This document shows positions 33,703-36,245 of a stretch of DNA of 36,245 nt, one piece after another (the first letter of the stretch is position 1; each line of letters begins with the position of its first letter). The notes below the pieces were generated by a model, which was not told where the DNA came from, searched no databases, and saw nothing but the letters and a program-made list of their open reading frames with translations. The translations under genes and the position numbers were made by a program. Source of the DNA: Jimgerdemannia flammicorona (taxonomy: Eukaryota); NCBI GenBank assembly GCA_003990765.1, contig RBNJ01000225.1, forward strand, positions 1-36,245. Direction: 5' to 3'.

Positions 33703-35160
33703 TGGGGCTGGCAGGAAAGTACATCAACATTGTTGTGGGCTTTCTCTGCTTTGTGAATGATGGTAATTTTGTAATCCTGAAGGATAAGGATCCAGTGGGC
33801 TAGAATTCCAGCAGGTTCCTTATGGTTGAATAGTCATTTGAGGGCTATATGGTCTGTGATCAGGGTGAACCTTTTTCTGATAAGATAATGCTTGAACAGA
33901 GTGACTGCCTATATGACTGCAAGGCATTCCAGTTTGGTGCTACCATAGTTCATCTGCTGCTGATTGGTAGCTCTGCTTGCATAAGCTATCACGTGGTGCT
34001 GTTGGTCAGGTCCTTCTTGGGCTAGAACTGCTCCTAGGCCATCTTTGGAAGCATCTGTATACAAGATGAATGGCTTCTGTAGATTGGGGTGTACAAGAAT
34101 TGGTGCTGTAGTCATGCAGTTCTTGAGTTCTCTGAAGGCTTTTTCCTGTAATTCTGTCCATTTGAATGTCATTCCTTTCTTGAGAAGGATTCGGATTGGG
34201 GTAGCGATTTAGGCAAAATCCTTGATGAACCTTCTGTAGTAGGATACTAACATCAGGAATGATAGTGTTTCTTTTGAAGTCTTGGGTACTGGCCAATTGT
34301 TGATCTTTTCGGTTTTCTTTGGATCTGCATGAGTTCCTTCTTTTGAGACCACAAATCCAAGGAATTTGAGTTTCTGTGCATTTCTTTACATTTAGTTTCA
34401 AGTAATTCTTGTGGGTGAGCTTGAAGAATTCCTCTAGGTGGTGCAGGTGTTCTTCGAAATTTGCTGAATAGATGTTGGAATCATCCATGTATACAATCAG
34501 ACAGTGGTGGATCAAGGGGGCATAGACTGAATTCATCATCCTCTGGAAGGTGGGGGGTGCATTGCAGAGTCCAAAGGGCATTTGGAGGTATTCAAACAGT
34601 TTTTCTAAAGCAAGGAAGGCTGTCTTTTGAATGTCCTTGGGGTCCATGGGGATCTCATGGAATCCCATGAAGAGGTCCATACTGCTGAAGTATCTGGCAT
34701 CTTGTAACTGGTCCAAAAGATCATCGATTCTGGGCAAAGGATAAGCATCCTTTTCAGTGACTGAGTTGAGTTTTCTATAATCCATGCAGAGTCTCCATCC
34801 TCCTTTCTTTGGTACAATAAGTATAGGGCTGGCCCAGGGGCTAGTAGAGGGTCGGATGACTCCATTGTCTAAGAGTTCTTGGATGTGCTCCTTTTCGAAT
34901 ATTTTCAAGTGATGGGGTATTCTATAGGGTTTCTGCCAGATGGGTGTTGCACTTCCTGTATTTATGCTGTGGTGATATGATGGATTGTATGGCAGATTGT
35001 CATAATCGGTGGTGAAGATATCTTGATATTTGTTGAGAAGTTGTGCTAGTTGTTGCTGTTGTTGAGGTGTTAATTCTTCTCCAATGTTAGTGGAAGGCTT
35101 CACTGTCTCCTGGATTACAGAGGGGCCTTTCCTTTCTTCTGGGACCTTTTGCCATTTCCC
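33699..35160 (-). pseudogene. Reverse transcriptase-RNase H (11-nt deletion at ~34378 relative to copy 1, plus stops)
   Basis: ORFs 34006-35103 and 33909-34172; ends ...HNNVDVLS.QPQ*. Confidence 0.93.
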
Positions 35161-35510
35161 GATAGGTTTAGTTCATAAACTTCCCTATGAGTTCAGTTGA
35201 GAAAAGGCACCAGATGTCCTATGATGGTTCCTTTTGGCAGGATGATGGTCTCCCAACTTTGGTTGGTTGCTCAGGAGTATACTGGGTTCATCTTGTCAGG
35301 GAATGTGTATCCCTCTATGTCCAGGTGTGGGATATCTTCCTTAGGTTCAAAGAAAAGGTTTCTGGGGTCAGGTGGTGCAAAGATTTCGAAAGTAGTTTGT
35401 TCTCTGGGCTCCAAGATGAGATTCTTGTGCAGTCTGACTGATTGCCGGTATACTTGCTGGGGAGCATTCCTCTTGAGGTAGTTGACTTGAAGGAGATGAA
35501 CTTCTTTCCT

Positions 35511-35924
35511 GTCTGAACTTCCAAATCCCTTAGCTTGTCTTGTTCCTTCGGTTAGTCCAGAGACTTCCTGTAGCTGTGAGGTCTTGACCTTCATGAAGAC
35601 TGCTTGGGCAATCTTCTGTCCTCTAATGATTCGGTGCCATTCTGCACTGCTGTTGTGTAGGATAACCTTGATTTTGCCTGTATATCCAGAGTCAATAGTT
35701 CCTCCTTCTACAGTTATCTCTTGTCTGGCAAGCCCAGACCTTGAGGTCAGTTGAATATAAGCTCCTTGAGGTGGTTGCATGGCTAATCCAGTTCTGACTA
35801 TAAAGGTTTTTCCAGGCTTAATAGATTCATCCTCCAGGCTGTGAAGATCATATCCTACATTCTCTGGGTGGACTTTGGTTGGGGGTTTGGCCTTAGGGTG
35901 CAGCAGGGCATATTGGGCAATGTC
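35511..35924 (-). CDS. dut: Trimeric dUTPase domain within the retrotransposon polyprotein
   Basis: All five motifs: VGYDL, SRSG, GTIDSGYTG, KIAQ, TRQAKGFGSSD. Confidence 0.93.
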
Positions 35925-36245
35925 CTTGCTGAGTTCAGGCTTTCCTAAGGCTGAAGCTCCACTAGTAGAAAGTCTCCAAGCTCTAAGGTTGAGGTGTGGC
36001 CACCTGGCTCCAGTGGAGGGGTCTCAGAGGTAATTGATTCCCCTTCTTCCTGTAGGGTCAAGGGCTTCCATGAAGTTGGTGGCATCTTCTGCCCATCCTT
36101 GGCAGGTTACATGTCTGATGAGAGCTAGGATGTCTTCTCCTAGATCATAGATCTTGAGAATTCTTTTTCCAGGCTTCTTGGTCTGGCTTTTTCGAATCTG
36201 ACTTTTTCGGATCTGGCTTTGGTTATCTCCTTTCTTCAGGGTGTG

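Larger units (their letters stand above)
30885..36245 (-). mobile_element. Ty3/Gypsy retrotransposon copy 2 (less decayed): dUTPase-RT-RNaseH-IN-accessory ORF-PPT-3' LTR; continues beyond the window
   Basis: RT YMDD, MPFGLCNAP; RH LYTDAS; IN HHCC and D,D,E motifs; RT-RH-IN order. Confidence 0.96.

Overview
Eukaryotic DNA, most likely fungal; an early-diverging non-Dikarya fungus is my inference. The window alternates between CpG-depleted, mutation-riddled transposon blocks and CpG-rich host-gene islands. Transposon blocks: the 3' end of a + strand Ty3/Gypsy element (1-~1391); an old Gypsy protease fragment split by a full-length decayed L1/Tx1-like LINE (1532-7420, poly-A tail, 14-bp target-site duplication); and two minus-strand copies of an unusual dUTPase-bearing Gypsy family (~11380-18730 and ~30885-end). 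Comparing those two copies suggests a -1 frameshift between dUTPase and RT, an integrase in its own reading frame, and a 3' accessory ORF also found in the unrelated element at the window start. Host genes: a YGQPQ-repeat membrane protein, an F-box/LRR protein, a predicted 4-exon microprotein ending in AKL, an intron-containing cobalamin synthase (CobS), tRNA-Ala(AGC), an 11-exon membrane-anchored tandem amidohydrolase, and a mitoferrin (MRS3/4-type) carrier abutted by an LTR. The most notable observations are the spliced eukaryotic cobS (possible cobamide remodelling in a fungus) and the retrovirus-like expression scheme of the Gypsy family. All exon structures were derived by eye, without searches or expression data.
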